The position numbers and the translations under genes are program-made. From Acidimicrobiales bacterium (GTDB lineage Bacteria; Actinomycetota; Acidimicrobiia; Acidimicrobiales; Ilumatobacteraceae), in assembly GCA_025463415.1 (NCBI GenBank), contig JAOBWO010000169.1, forward strand, positions 9,894 to 73,893: a DNA stretch of 64,000 nt, in the 5' to 3' direction. Of the stretch, positions 1 through 8,773 are shown piece after piece; within the stretch, counting starts at the first letter, position 1; each line of letters starts with the position of its first letter. The notes beneath the pieces were generated by a model. That model saw only the letters and a list, made by a program, of their open reading frames with translations, had not been told where the DNA came from and ran no database searches.

Positions 1-400
1 CGTTGAAACCACGGCACACGCCGAGGCGCAGATCCTGGTCGACGATCCCCGCGATGCCGAACCCCTTCGTCGGGTACAGCACGGAGTAGTCGATGCCGAA
101 CTCGTCGAGTCGCTCGTACATCAACCCGGGGATGGCACCGGTGGCGAGGTCGCGCGTGTTCTGCGCCGGTGTGCCCCACCAGGCCGACTGCGGGGTGCGC
201 TGCTGAGCGCGGGTCTCGGTGTCGACGCCGAGGATCTTCGCGATCGGCGACGGCTGGTTGACGTACTTCTCGAACAGCTTCGGCCCCATCGCCTCGCGCA
301 GGTACGGCAGCACCGCCGGCATGAACTCGATGACGTGGCCATCGACGTCGAGGACCGGATGGCCGATCGACTCGCGGACGTCTCGTGATGTCTCACTCAT
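1..400 (-). CDS. amidohydrolase-family protein, 5' part only (gene runs off the left edge)
   Basis: Manual reverse-strand translation from ATG at 398-400 gives MSETSRDVRESIGHPVLDVDGHVIEFMPAVLPYLREAMGPKLFEKYV..., open to position 1. It has protein-like composition and a DVDGHV metal-site-like start as in amidohydrolase_2-type enzymes. It is absent from the ORF track because no stop lies inside the window. Confidence 0.55.
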   Translation of the reverse strand, partial: MSETSRDVRESIGHPVLDVDGHVIEFMPAVLPYLREAMGPKLFEKYVNQPSPIAKILGVDTETRAQQRTPQSAWWGTPAQNTRDLATGAIPGLMYERLDEFGIDYSVLYPTKGFGIAGIVDQDLRLGVCRGFN

Positions 401-424
401 GATGTTCCTCTGTGTGTTGGATCG

Positions 425-2137
425 TCAGCCCGGTCGAACGACGCGCCCGGGCACTGCGCCCGTGCGCTCACCACGCTCGACCACGACCTCGCCGTTGACG
501 ATGGTGGCCTCGATGCCGACCGGCACCGCGCGGAAGCGATCGACACCGAGCACGACATCGTGGTCAGCCTTGCACGTGCCGACGTCGACCCGTTCCGGAT
601 CGAAGATGAACACGTCGCCACCGAAGCCGGTCTGCAGCAGCCCGCGATCCGTGAGCCCCAGGATCGCCGCGGGCAGCGCGGTCATCCTCCGGATCGCTTC
701 CTCGAGCCGCCAGACCTTCTCCTGCCGCCACCACGTCGCGAGGAAGTGGGTGCTCCACTCCGCGCCATCGTCGCGGTCGAGGTGCGCGCCGCCGTCGCTG
801 ACTCCGGCGATCATCTGCGGATGACGCTGCACGTCCTTGAGCAGCTCGCGCCACTCCGGCGTCTCGTTCGCCCAGTGGAAGACGGCCTGCAGGTCGTCGG
901 CCAGCGCGATGTCGAACATCACGTCAGCGGGATGACGCCCGTACTCGTGGGCGATCGTGCCGATCACGCCGCCGACGTATCGCTGGTTGGCTGCGGCGGT
1001 GGACGACGAGACCCGCATCGACGCCCAGAAGGGCGGCGGCAGCGTCGAACCCATGGCCGGGTCCCGGTTGGGGTTGTCGATCGCGTCCCGGAGGGCAGCG
1101 CGCGAGTCCGGATCGCTGAGCCGGCGGCGACGCTCGTCGAGCGGCACGTTCATCAGCTCGTGCCACAGGGGCACGCCCTCGTAGCGGCTGGTGCCGCCGG
1201 CGATCGTGAACGGCCCGTTCAGCGGACGGGTCATCAGCAGCGAGTAGACAGGTGTGCCCATCGCCGCCGAGCGGTCGAGGAAGTCGCGCGACTCCAGCCA
1301 CGTCTTGGTCGGCGCGTCGACCTTGCTGCGGCCACCGAGACCCTGGGTCACCAACGGCACGCCGCCCAATCCGGCGAGCTCGATCAGCAGGTCGCGGTCC
1401 GATGCGTTGATGCCTTCGACCGCGCTCTCGGGTGCGTAGGCGATCGAGCCACGTCCGTACTTGCCGACGACCTCTGCCAGCACCCGCAGTTCGTCGAGGC
1501 TCGACAACCGGCTCGGCACCGGACGGTTGGCGAGGTCGAGGTGGGTGGGCGCGTGCGAGGACGAGAACCCGAGAGCGCCGGCGGCCATCGCGTCGTCGAC
1601 GATCGCTGCGATCTGGGCGACCTCGTCATCCGTCGACGGTCGCTCGAACGCGGCGTCCCCCATGACCCAGCGACGAACGGCCGAGTGGCCCACGTACATG
1701 CCGAGGTTGACCCCGAGGTGTCCCGGCCGCGTGTCGAGGAACTCCTGGAACGTCTCGAAGGTCCACGCGATCTGGTCCAGCGCAGACGGGTCCATGCCCT
1801 CGACGCGGGCGAACATCTGCGCCGTGTAGGCGCGGTCGGCGGCCTTCACCGGGGCGATCGAGAACCCGCAGTTGCCGGCTGCCACGGTGGTGACGCCGTG
1901 CAGGGACGAGCTGTCGCAGAGTGGATCCCACGTCAGCTGCGGGTCGTAGTGGGTGTGCGCGTCGACGATGCCCGGAGCGACCACGAGGCCGTCGGCCTCG
2001 ATGACTCGACGGGCCGGCTCCCCCCGAAGCCGACCCGTCGCAACGATCCGACCGTCCTCGATCGCGACATCGCCGGTGCGGCCGGGCAAGCCCGTACCGT
2101 CCACGACGAGGCCGCCTCGGATCAGCAGGTCGAACAC
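425..2137 (-). CDS. N-acyl-D-amino-acid deacylase (D-aminoacylase) family amidohydrolase
   Basis: 570-aa ORF. The N-terminus MFDLLIRGGLVVDGTG...DVAIEDGRIVATG...GLVVAPGIVDAHTHYD is the classic D-aminoacylase/amidohydrolase_3 signature. GTG start. Confidence 0.85.
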   Translation of the reverse strand: MFDLLIRGGLVVDGTGLPGRTGDVAIEDGRIVATGRLRGEPARRVIEADGLVVAPGIVDAHTHYDPQLTWDPLCDSSSLHGVTTVAAGNCGFSIAPVKAADRAYTAQMFARVEGMDPSALDQIAWTFETFQEFLDTRPGHLGVNLGMYVGHSAVRRWVMGDAAFERPSTDDEVAQIAAIVDDAMAAGALGFSSSHAPTHLDLANRPVPSRLSSLDELRVLAEVVGKYGRGSIAYAPESAVEGINASDRDLLIELAGLGGVPLVTQGLGGRSKVDAPTKTWLESRDFLDRSAAMGTPVYSLLMTRPLNGPFTIAGGTSRYEGVPLWHELMNVPLDERRRRLSDPDSRAALRDAIDNPNRDPAMGSTLPPPFWASMRVSSSTAAANQRYVGGVIGTIAHEYGRHPADVMFDIALADDLQAVFHWANETPEWRELLKDVQRHPQMIAGVSDGGAHLDRDDGAEWSTHFLATWWRQEKVWRLEEAIRRMTALPAAILGLTDRGLLQTGFGGDVFIFDPERVDVGTCKADHDVVLGVDRFRAVPVGIEATIVNGEVVVERGERTGAVPGRVVRPG

Positions 2138-2213
2138 GGCCGAGAGGCTAACAGTCGTTTGTTTCGCCGTGCCAGTTCCAGGATGGCCAGCTCGGCGTGT
2201 GGACCCGCCATCC

Positions 2214-3185
2214 TCAGAACACTGCGATCGGGTTCACCGGCGAGCCCGTGCCGCCTGGCACCCGCATCGGCGAGACCGACATCAGGAACTCCCAGCGGTG
2301 CAGCCGCCGGCAGACCTCCGTCACCGTGTCGAGGCGGAGGTTGTCGATCAGGTGCAGTCCGATCGCGACGATGCCGATCTGATGGACGGGGAACGGCCAC
2401 TCCGGGATCGCCGTGAACGGCATCTGGTCGGAGATGCCGTCGCCGGCCAGCAGCGCGACCTTGCGCTCGTGCAGCCACGGCAGCGTGCGCGGGTGGAGGC
2501 CCGGTAGGCCTTTGAAGAACGGGTCGAGACGTCCGTTGCTCGCTGCCTTGCGACTGTCCCGCCCGGTGGAGACGATCAGGAGGTCGCCCGTGCCCACTGT
2601 GACGCCCTGCGCCGCCTCGGCGGCCTCGAGATCGGCGACCGTGATCGAGGACGTCGGATCGATGAAGTCGACCCCGCGCACGAGGGGGATGTCGAGCAGC
2701 ACTCCCCGCCCGAGGACACCCTCCGATGCGGACATGATGGTGTTCGCCAGCGCGCCCGTGCTGCGCACCATCGACGCCGGCCGGCCGCCGTACATCTCGC
2801 CCCGCACGAACATGTGGCACAGCGCGTCGATGTGGGTGAGGCCGAGCCCGTGGACCGCCGTGCCGAGGTAGTCCTGCGTGGCCTCGTAGTCGGGGACGCC
2901 GCTGGAGCCGAGCGCATCGCCGCTGGACAGCATGTGGTGGTGCGCCGGACTGGGCGTCTCCGGGGTCGGGCGGGTGGTGAGGTCGTGGGCCATGCTCACC
3001 GCCTCGCCGGTGCGCACGAGCGTCGCGGCGTGTGCGCGATGTGCATCGGTGAGGTGGTTGAGCGCGCCGCGTTCGTCGTCGGCACCCCACGTCGTCCAGT
3101 TCTTGACGGCCTCGAAGATGCGGTCGAGCTCTGCGGTGGTCGGCAGATCCGGGGCTTGGAGCGCGGGGGAGGGTTGGTCGGACAT
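2214..3185 (-). CDS. cyclase-family protein (kynurenine-formamidase-like fold)
   Basis: 323-aa ORF with GTAVHGLGLTHIDALCHM and GDGISDQ motifs, as in the putative cyclase family. ATG start at 3183-3185. Confidence 0.75.
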   Translation of the reverse strand: MSDQPSPALQAPDLPTTAELDRIFEAVKNWTTWGADDERGALNHLTDAHRAHAATLVRTGEAVSMAHDLTTRPTPETPSPAHHHMLSSGDALGSSGVPDYEATQDYLGTAVHGLGLTHIDALCHMFVRGEMYGGRPASMVRSTGALANTIMSASEGVLGRGVLLDIPLVRGVDFIDPTSSITVADLEAAEAAQGVTVGTGDLLIVSTGRDSRKAASNGRLDPFFKGLPGLHPRTLPWLHERKVALLAGDGISDQMPFTAIPEWPFPVHQIGIVAIGLHLIDNLRLDTVTEVCRRLHRWEFLMSVSPMRVPGGTGSPVNPIAVF

Positions 3186-3318
3186 CGATCAAGGTCTAGA
3201 CGAACTGCGGGGGTGACGCCGGAACGGAGCTTCACATGCGGCAGAATTGACGCAAGAGATCCGGGCGGACGCTCTCACGGTGCCGATCTGTGGCGCCCCT
3301 GCACCATTGGACAGACGT

Positions 3319-4503
3319 ATGCATCCTCATCGCACCACCACGACCTCCACCATGTGGCGCTCCGCGCTGGTCCTCGTAGCGCTGGCCGCGGGAGCCGCGA
3401 GCTGCAGCAGCAATGCCAAGTCGGCCGAGACCACGGCTGCGGCACCCGCATCGACCGCTCCGCGCACCACACAGGCGGCCACCACGACGGCCGCCACCGA
3501 AGCGCCGACGACGACCACGGAGGTGCCGACGACGACGACCGACGCCCTGCAGGGAACGACGGGTCGCACGGTGCCGGAGACCACGACGACCCTGCCGCCG
3601 GAGACGACCACCACCCTGCCGCCCGAGCCTGTGTATCCGCTCACCGGGCTGCCGAACCCGGATCCGGCGATCGCGGCGCGGCCGGCGTTGATCGTCAAGA
3701 TCGACAACGCGCCGGGCGCTCGGCCGCAGAGCGGGTTCAACGAGGCCGACATCGTCGTCGAGGAGATCGTCAACGACAACCTGACCCGGTTCGCGATGGT
3801 GTTCCAGAGCGGCAACGCCAGCGCCGTCGGCCCGATCCGTTCGGGCCGCCTCCAGGACGTCAACATCTTCTCCTCGCTCGACCACCCCCTGTTCGCCTGG
3901 AGCGGCGGCAACAAGACGGTCACCGACACGATCAACGCCAGCGAGCTGATCAACATCGGACCGTCCAAGGCTGCCGTGTACTACCGCACCCACGACAAGG
4001 CCGCGCCGCACAACCTCTACTCGTCCACCGATGCCCTCTTCGGCCGCGCGGTCGAAGGTGAGCCGGCCGCCAAGCAGCAGTTCGAGTACCGGGCTGCCGA
4101 CGCTGCGCCGGGCGGCTCGCCGAGTCCGGGCGTCGGCATCTCGCTCGACAGCATCGATGTCCGGTGGGACTGGAACGCGTCGACCGGCCTGTACGAGCGG
4201 ACGATGGAGGGCAAGGCCCACAACGACGCGCTCAGCGGACGGGTCACCACCAACAACGTCGTCGTGCTGGCGATGGAGTACGTGCCCGGGATCTCACACA
4301 GCCCCGACGCGCAGGTGCTCGGCGGCGGCGAAGCCTTCGTGTTCACCGGCGGCAACTACATCCATGCCCAGTGGGTCAAGCAGGACATCCACGACCCCTT
4401 CTCGCTGCTGGCCGACGACGGCACGCCGATCCTGCTGACCCCAGGCCGCACGTTCATCGAGCTCCCCCGGATCGGCCACACCCTGGTCATCCCGGCGAGT
4501 TAG
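3319..4503 (+). CDS. DUF3048-like secreted lipoprotein
   Basis: Lipoprotein-type signal (MWRSALVLVALAAGAASCSS), then a T/P-rich linker, then YPLTGLP...RPALIVKIDNAPGARPQSGFNEADIVVEEIVNDNLTRFAMVF, typical of DUF3048. The start may be 3319 (MHPH) or 3352 (MWRS); the track ORF begins at 3247. Confidence 0.75.
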   Translation: MHPHRTTTTSTMWRSALVLVALAAGAASCSSNAKSAETTAAAPASTAPRTTQAATTTAATEAPTTTTEVPTTTTDALQGTTGRTVPETTTTLPPETTTTLPPEPVYPLTGLPNPDPAIAARPALIVKIDNAPGARPQSGFNEADIVVEEIVNDNLTRFAMVFQSGNASAVGPIRSGRLQDVNIFSSLDHPLFAWSGGNKTVTDTINASELINIGPSKAAVYYRTHDKAAPHNLYSSTDALFGRAVEGEPAAKQQFEYRAADAAPGGSPSPGVGISLDSIDVRWDWNASTGLYERTMEGKAHNDALSGRVTTNNVVVLAMEYVPGISHSPDAQVLGGGEAFVFTGGNYIHAQWVKQDIHDPFSLLADDGTPILLTPGRTFIELPRIGHTLVIPAS

Positions 4504-5135
4504 GGCTGCGCAGCCGGAAGGGATCGGGCCCACACGGCGTACAACGGGTCACCACCTCTGCCGGCTGGCGTTCGCAATTGGACGGTCGGCTCCGCCCAGC
4601 CTTGGCTTCGGCGGAAGTACTCGGCGACGATCCTCGTTCTCGCCTTCTCGTCATTGGCGAGCCAGCCGTGGATCGCCTTCGTCGGGAAGCACCGGTTCGA
4701 GAACGTCGTGACGAACACGCCTCCGGGGCGCAGCACACGGCGGACCTCGGTGAAGACATCGATCGGTCGGACGAGGTAGTCGACCGATACACAACAGGTG
4801 ACCGCGTCGAACCGGGCATCCCCGAACGGCAGCGTCGGCGACACGTTGAGGTCGTGCACGACCCGCTCGGTCGCCATCGGGTTGCTGGCGAGCTCGTGAG
4901 CGTTCATCCCCAGCACCACCAACTCCGCCGGCGGCGACGTGAAGTGCGAGATCCACGACGACATGATGTCGAGGACGCTGCCGCGCAGCCCGAGCTCGTC
5001 GTACAACGCACCCACTGCGGCGATCGCCCCCGCGTCGATGTGGGTCAGCAACCGGTCGGGCACGTAGAACTGATCGTCCGGCGACTCATCGGTGCGCCGG
5101 AAGAACCCGGCCGGGAACGTGTCGTGCGGATCCAC
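4500..5135 (-). CDS. class I SAM-dependent methyltransferase
   Basis: 211-aa ORF with VLDIMSSW...FDAVTCCVSVDYL...VLRPGGVFV (Methyltransf_11-like motifs). Its stop overlaps the stop of the convergent gene. Confidence 0.8.
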   Translation of the reverse strand: MDPHDTFPAGFFRRTDESPDDQFYVPDRLLTHIDAGAIAAVGALYDELGLRGSVLDIMSSWISHFTSPPAELVVLGMNAHELASNPMATERVVHDLNVSPTLPFGDARFDAVTCCVSVDYLVRPIDVFTEVRRVLRPGGVFVTTFSNRCFPTKAIHGWLANDEKARTRIVAEYFRRSQGWAEPTVQLRTPAGRGGDPLYAVWARSLPAAQP

Positions 5136-5162
5136 GCCCCCGATGCTCCCACGCGCCCCGCG

Positions 5163-5331
5163 CTTCCTGAATCTCCACGTGATGAAACCCTGGCCGGACG
5201 GATTCGCCGGACCTCGGCCGGCGAATGCGACAGGGTTCCTCCGATGTCGTTGTTGCCACTCCCCACGTGGTCAATCGACCCCACATCGCCTGGACCTCAC
5301 GTCGGGTTTCATCACGTGGAGATTCAGGAAG
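5163..5331. repeat. perfect 28-bp inverted repeat with a 113-nt spacer
   Basis: 5163-5190 CTTCCTGAATCTCCACGTGATGAAACCC is the exact reverse complement of 5304-5331 GGGTTTCATCACGTGGAGATTCAGGAAG. The spacer holds an inner 9-bp hairpin (5202-5210 / 5218-5226). The element lies in the 5136-5520 non-coding gap between divergent genes. Confidence 0.95.
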
Positions 5332-5520
5332 GGCCGGGCGCTGGGAGTCTCCGGGGGGCGTGAGCGCGCTCCTCGCGGAGGTGCCCCGCTCACAGAGGTT
5401 TTGCGCACCGACCGTCCGCGTCACAGATCCTCCGGCGATCGGAGCGGAGGGATTCGGGCTCGGCCATCCGGTCGGGAAACCCTCCAACGACACAGTCGGG
5501 GGCGCGCCGAGGCGAGGCGG

Positions 5521-6975
5521 GTGTACGTTCGTCTGATCGCCACCACCTTCCATTCGGAGCGCTTCGACGCGGTGGTCGTCGGGGCCGGGCCCAACGGGCT
5601 GGCTGCAGCGGTGACCCTGGCCGAGGCCGGGCGTTCAGTGCTGGTGCTCGAGGGGTCGGATTCGATCGGCGGGGGCACGCGCTCGGCGGCGCTGACCCTG
5701 CCGGGTTTCGTCCACGACGTGTGTGCGGCCGTGCACGCGCTGGGCATCGCATCGCCTGCGTTCGCGGAGATGCAGCTCGACCGCCACGGTCTGGAGTGGA
5801 TCCACCCGGGTGTGCCACTGGCGCATCCGCTCGACGGCGGTCGAGCCGGTGTGCTGCACCGCACGCTCGGCGACACGATGGACGGCATGGGCGCAGATGG
5901 TGCCGCGTGGCGGCGAATGTTCGAGCCACTCCTGCGCCACTGGGACGACATCCTCCCGCAGATCCTCGGGCCCATCGTGAGCGTCCCGAGGCATCCGCTG
6001 GCGATGGCCCAGTTCGGGATGCGAGCGCTGCCACCCGCGTCGATCGCCCAGCGGGCGTTCTCCACGGAAGAGGCGGCGGCACTGTTCGGCGGCTGCTCGG
6101 CCCACGCGTTCTTGCCGCTCACCCGCCCGCTGTCGGCAGCGTTCGGGACGATGCTGGCTCTCATCGCGCAGGCCACCGGCTGGCCCGTCGCAAAGGGTGG
6201 CTCGCAGGCGGTCGCCGATGCGATGGCTGCGCGGCTGCGCGAGCTCGGCGGAGTGATCGAGACCGGTCGCGCTGTCGCCTCGCTACGCGACCTCCCTCCC
6301 CACCGCGTCGCCTTCTTCGACACCAATCCCGCCCAGCTCGAGCGGATCGCCGGCAGCACCTTGCCCGACGGCTACCGCCGGCGGCTGCGCAACTTCCGCC
6401 ACGGGCCCGCTGCGTTCAAGATCGACTACGCACTCGACGGTCCGGTGCCGTGGACGAACGAGGCATGCCGGACCGCCGGCACCGTGCACGTCGGCGGCAC
6501 GTTCGCCGAGATCCGCGACGCGGAGGCCGACTGCGCCGCGGGCCGGATGCCGGCGCGACCGTTCGTGCTCGTTGCCCAACAGAGCCTGTTCGACCCGAGC
6601 CGCGCGCCGGCCGGCAAGCACACCCTGTGGGCCTACGCACACGTTCCACACGCATCGCCGGTCGACGCCACCGACGCGCTGGAGGCGCAGATCGAACGGT
6701 TCGCACCGGGCTTCCGCGACCTGATCCTGGCCAAGCACGTGATGGCACCCCTGGCGCTCCAGGAGTACAACCCGAACTACGTCGGCGGCGACATCGGCGG
6801 CGGTGCGCACAGCGGCGCCCAGCTCGTGTTCCGGCCGACCTTCGGCCTCCGTTCGTACGTCACGCCGAACCCGCGCATCCTGCTCTGCTCGGCATCCACG
6901 CCACCGGGTGGCGGAGTGCACGGCATGGCCGGCCGGCGTGCTGCGCACACGGCGCTGGCCGGCGTGCTGCGCTAG
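5521..6975 (+). CDS. FAD/NAD(P)-dependent oxidoreductase, phytoene-desaturase (CrtI-like) family
   Basis: Rossmann motif FDAVVVGAGPNGLAAAVTLAEAGRSVLVLEG right after an in-frame GTG at 5521. C-terminal ...PPGGGVHGMAG is typical of the family. The upstream part of the 627-aa track ORF (5092-5520) looks non-coding. Confidence 0.8.
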   Translation: MYVRLIATTFHSERFDAVVVGAGPNGLAAAVTLAEAGRSVLVLEGSDSIGGGTRSAALTLPGFVHDVCAAVHALGIASPAFAEMQLDRHGLEWIHPGVPLAHPLDGGRAGVLHRTLGDTMDGMGADGAAWRRMFEPLLRHWDDILPQILGPIVSVPRHPLAMAQFGMRALPPASIAQRAFSTEEAAALFGGCSAHAFLPLTRPLSAAFGTMLALIAQATGWPVAKGGSQAVADAMAARLRELGGVIETGRAVASLRDLPPHRVAFFDTNPAQLERIAGSTLPDGYRRRLRNFRHGPAAFKIDYALDGPVPWTNEACRTAGTVHVGGTFAEIRDAEADCAAGRMPARPFVLVAQQSLFDPSRAPAGKHTLWAYAHVPHASPVDATDALEAQIERFAPGFRDLILAKHVMAPLALQEYNPNYVGGDIGGGAHSGAQLVFRPTFGLRSYVTPNPRILLCSASTPPGGGVHGMAGRRAAHTALAGVLR

Positions 6976-7712
6976 ACCGATCCGGCGAGCTCGATCCCGG
7001 TCGTCTCGATCGACGAGTACGGCAGGTGGGCGAAGAACGAGTCGGCCTGCTTGACCAGCTTGCGGATCGCGACGTAGTTCGACCCCCCGCCGACGAGCGC
7101 GCCGACGCCGAGCGGCAGTGCCGTTCCCAGTGCGATCGCGCCACGACGCGTGCCGTAGCGCTTGACGAGCATCCGGCTCAGAGCCCCGTTGACCGCGCGC
7201 AAGGTGGCGAGCGAGAGCCCGGCCTTGGAGTTCTCCTCGATGTTCGCCCCCATCTGGTTGGCGATCTTCGAGAACCCTTGGCGTGCGGTGCTGCCGAAGA
7301 TCAGCACGGCCAGGACCCACGCCCGGCGCTCGTCGACGGACGGCGTCGGACGACCGTGCAACGCAGCGATCGTCAGGATCAGGTCGCCCGAGCGAGCGGT
7401 GAACCACGCCAGCTCGGCTGTGGCGGCCATCAAGGTCGCGCCCGTGCCGACCAGCGGTGTCGCGGCGGCCATCCCGGCGGCAGCGCCGACTGCGCCGAGC
7501 TCTCGAGCGAACGAATCGGACAGCGACTTGATCTTCTCCGGCCGCACGTCGCCGGGCAACGCCTCCGCCCGCGCGACGGCGGCCTCCCAACGCGCTGTCG
7601 TCGTCTTCTCGACGCCGGCCAGCAGCGCCTTCGCGACGACCTCCACGTCCACCGTGGAGAGCCGCCGCATCACGTAGTCACGTGCCGCGACGGAACGACG
7701 TTTGTCCATCAC
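6972..7712 (-). CDS. EcsC-like family protein
   Basis: 246-aa ORF. Gly/Ala-rich segments (AVGAAAGMAAATPLVGTGA..., ALPLGVGALVGGGSNYVAIRKL) resemble the EcsC family pattern. This is a from-memory match only. Confidence 0.5.
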   Translation of the reverse strand: MMDKRRSVAARDYVMRRLSTVDVEVVAKALLAGVEKTTTARWEAAVARAEALPGDVRPEKIKSLSDSFARELGAVGAAAGMAAATPLVGTGATLMAATAELAWFTARSGDLILTIAALHGRPTPSVDERRAWVLAVLIFGSTARQGFSKIANQMGANIEENSKAGLSLATLRAVNGALSRMLVKRYGTRRGAIALGTALPLGVGALVGGGSNYVAIRKLVKQADSFFAHLPYSSIETTGIELAGSV

Positions 7713-7771
7713 CCATGTGTAGCACCGGGGTCGCGGGACAGGCTGCGCGACCCGTTGGCTAGATTGGCGCG

Positions 7772-8773
7772 GTGACCCAGACCGAGCTGCCCATCTCTGC
7801 GTTCGGGATCCAGCCGGAGGATCTCGAACGGCACCGCCGTGAGCTGACCGGCTACTGCTACCGGATGCTCGGCTCCGTGTTCGAGGCCGAAGATGCGGTG
7901 CAGGACACGATGGTGCGTGCCTGGCGCGCCGCTGATCGCTTCGAGGGGCGCTCGTCGCTGCGCTCCTGGTTGTACCGCATCGCCACCAACGCGTGCCTCG
8001 ACATGCTGCGCGCCCGCGGACGCCGGGCCCGACCGATGGACATGGGCCCGTCGATCAAAGCGGACAGCGCCCTGCCGGACATGCTGCCCGAGAACGCCTG
8101 GGTCGAGCCCTTCCCCGACCGCCGACTGTTCGACGACACGGGCGATCCCGCCGAGCTGGCCGTTCGACGGTCCACGATCCGGTTCGCGTTCGTCGCCGCG
8201 CTCCAGTACCTGCCGCCGCGGCAACGGGCCGTGCTGATCCTGTGCGAGGTGCTGCGCTGGGAGGCCACCGAAGTCGCCGCGCTGCTGGACAGCACGGTCG
8301 CGTCGGTGAACAGCGCGCTGCAACGGGCCCGGGCGACGCTGGCGACCCGACACATCGACGACCTCGACTTCAGCGAGCCCGTGTCGACCAGCGCCCACCA
8401 GGCCAGGCTGCTGGCCGAGTACGTCGATGCCTTCGAGCAGTACGACATCCCCCGCCTGGTCAGCCTGCTGCGCGACGACGCGATCATGTCGATGCCGCCG
8501 TTCCCGATGTGGTTGCAAGGAGCGCACGAGATCGGCGCGTGGTTCCTCGGCACCGGGTCCGAGTGCAAGGGCTCGCGCCTCGTCGCGACGCAGGCCAACG
8601 GGGTCGTGGCATTCGGTTCGTACCGAGTGGATCCCGCGGGCGGCTACAAGCCGTGGTGCATCCAGCTGATCGACATCGACGGCGATCGCATCGTCGGGCA
8701 CCACAACTTCCTCGACACCAAGGTGTTCGAGGACTTCGGGGTGCCGGCCCACCTCGATCCTGAGTTATTCTAG
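7772..8773 (+). CDS. ECF-type sigma-70 factor with C-terminal SnoaL-like domain (SigG-like)
   Basis: Region 2 is ELTGYCYRMLGSVFEAEDAVQDTMVRAW...WLYRIATNACLDMLR. Region 4 is LPPRQRAVLILCEVLRWEATEVAALLDSTVASVNSALQRAR. A ~120-aa C-terminal extension follows. GTG start, with a TAGATT -10-like hexamer at 7760-7765. Confidence 0.85.
   Translation: MTQTELPISAFGIQPEDLERHRRELTGYCYRMLGSVFEAEDAVQDTMVRAWRAADRFEGRSSLRSWLYRIATNACLDMLRARGRRARPMDMGPSIKADSALPDMLPENAWVEPFPDRRLFDDTGDPAELAVRRSTIRFAFVAALQYLPPRQRAVLILCEVLRWEATEVAALLDSTVASVNSALQRARATLATRHIDDLDFSEPVSTSAHQARLLAEYVDAFEQYDIPRLVSLLRDDAIMSMPPFPMWLQGAHEIGAWFLGTGSECKGSRLVATQANGVVAFGSYRVDPAGGYKPWCIQLIDIDGDRIVGHHNFLDTKVFEDFGVPAHLDPELF

Noticed and set aside
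560-2416. 618-aa plus-strand ORF, and similar very long ORFs opposite real genes (for example 12496-14130 minus, 21695-22951 minus, 24774-26354 minus, 37344-40064 minus, 46106-49150 plus, 43206-44774 plus).
   Set aside because: Their translations are Arg/Pro/Gly/Ala/His-dominated with no recognisable motifs. Each lies antisense to an ORF with clear family signatures. These are typical stop-poor shadow frames of high-GC DNA.
5092-5520. N-terminal 143-aa extension of the oxidoreductase ORF, plus ORFs 5086-5553 (minus) and 5225-5536 (plus) across the gap.
   Set aside because: The Rossmann fold begins immediately after the in-frame GTG at 5521. The upstream translation is low-complexity, overlaps the methyltransferase start and runs through the 28-bp inverted repeat. 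I treat it as non-coding.
7735-7765. Possible sigma-70-like promoter (GGGACA-N19-TAGATT) giving a leaderless transcript for the ECF sigma gene at 7772.
   Set aside because: The -10-like hexamer is plausible, but the spacer is too long and the -35 is weak. Without transcription-start data I do not list it as a feature.
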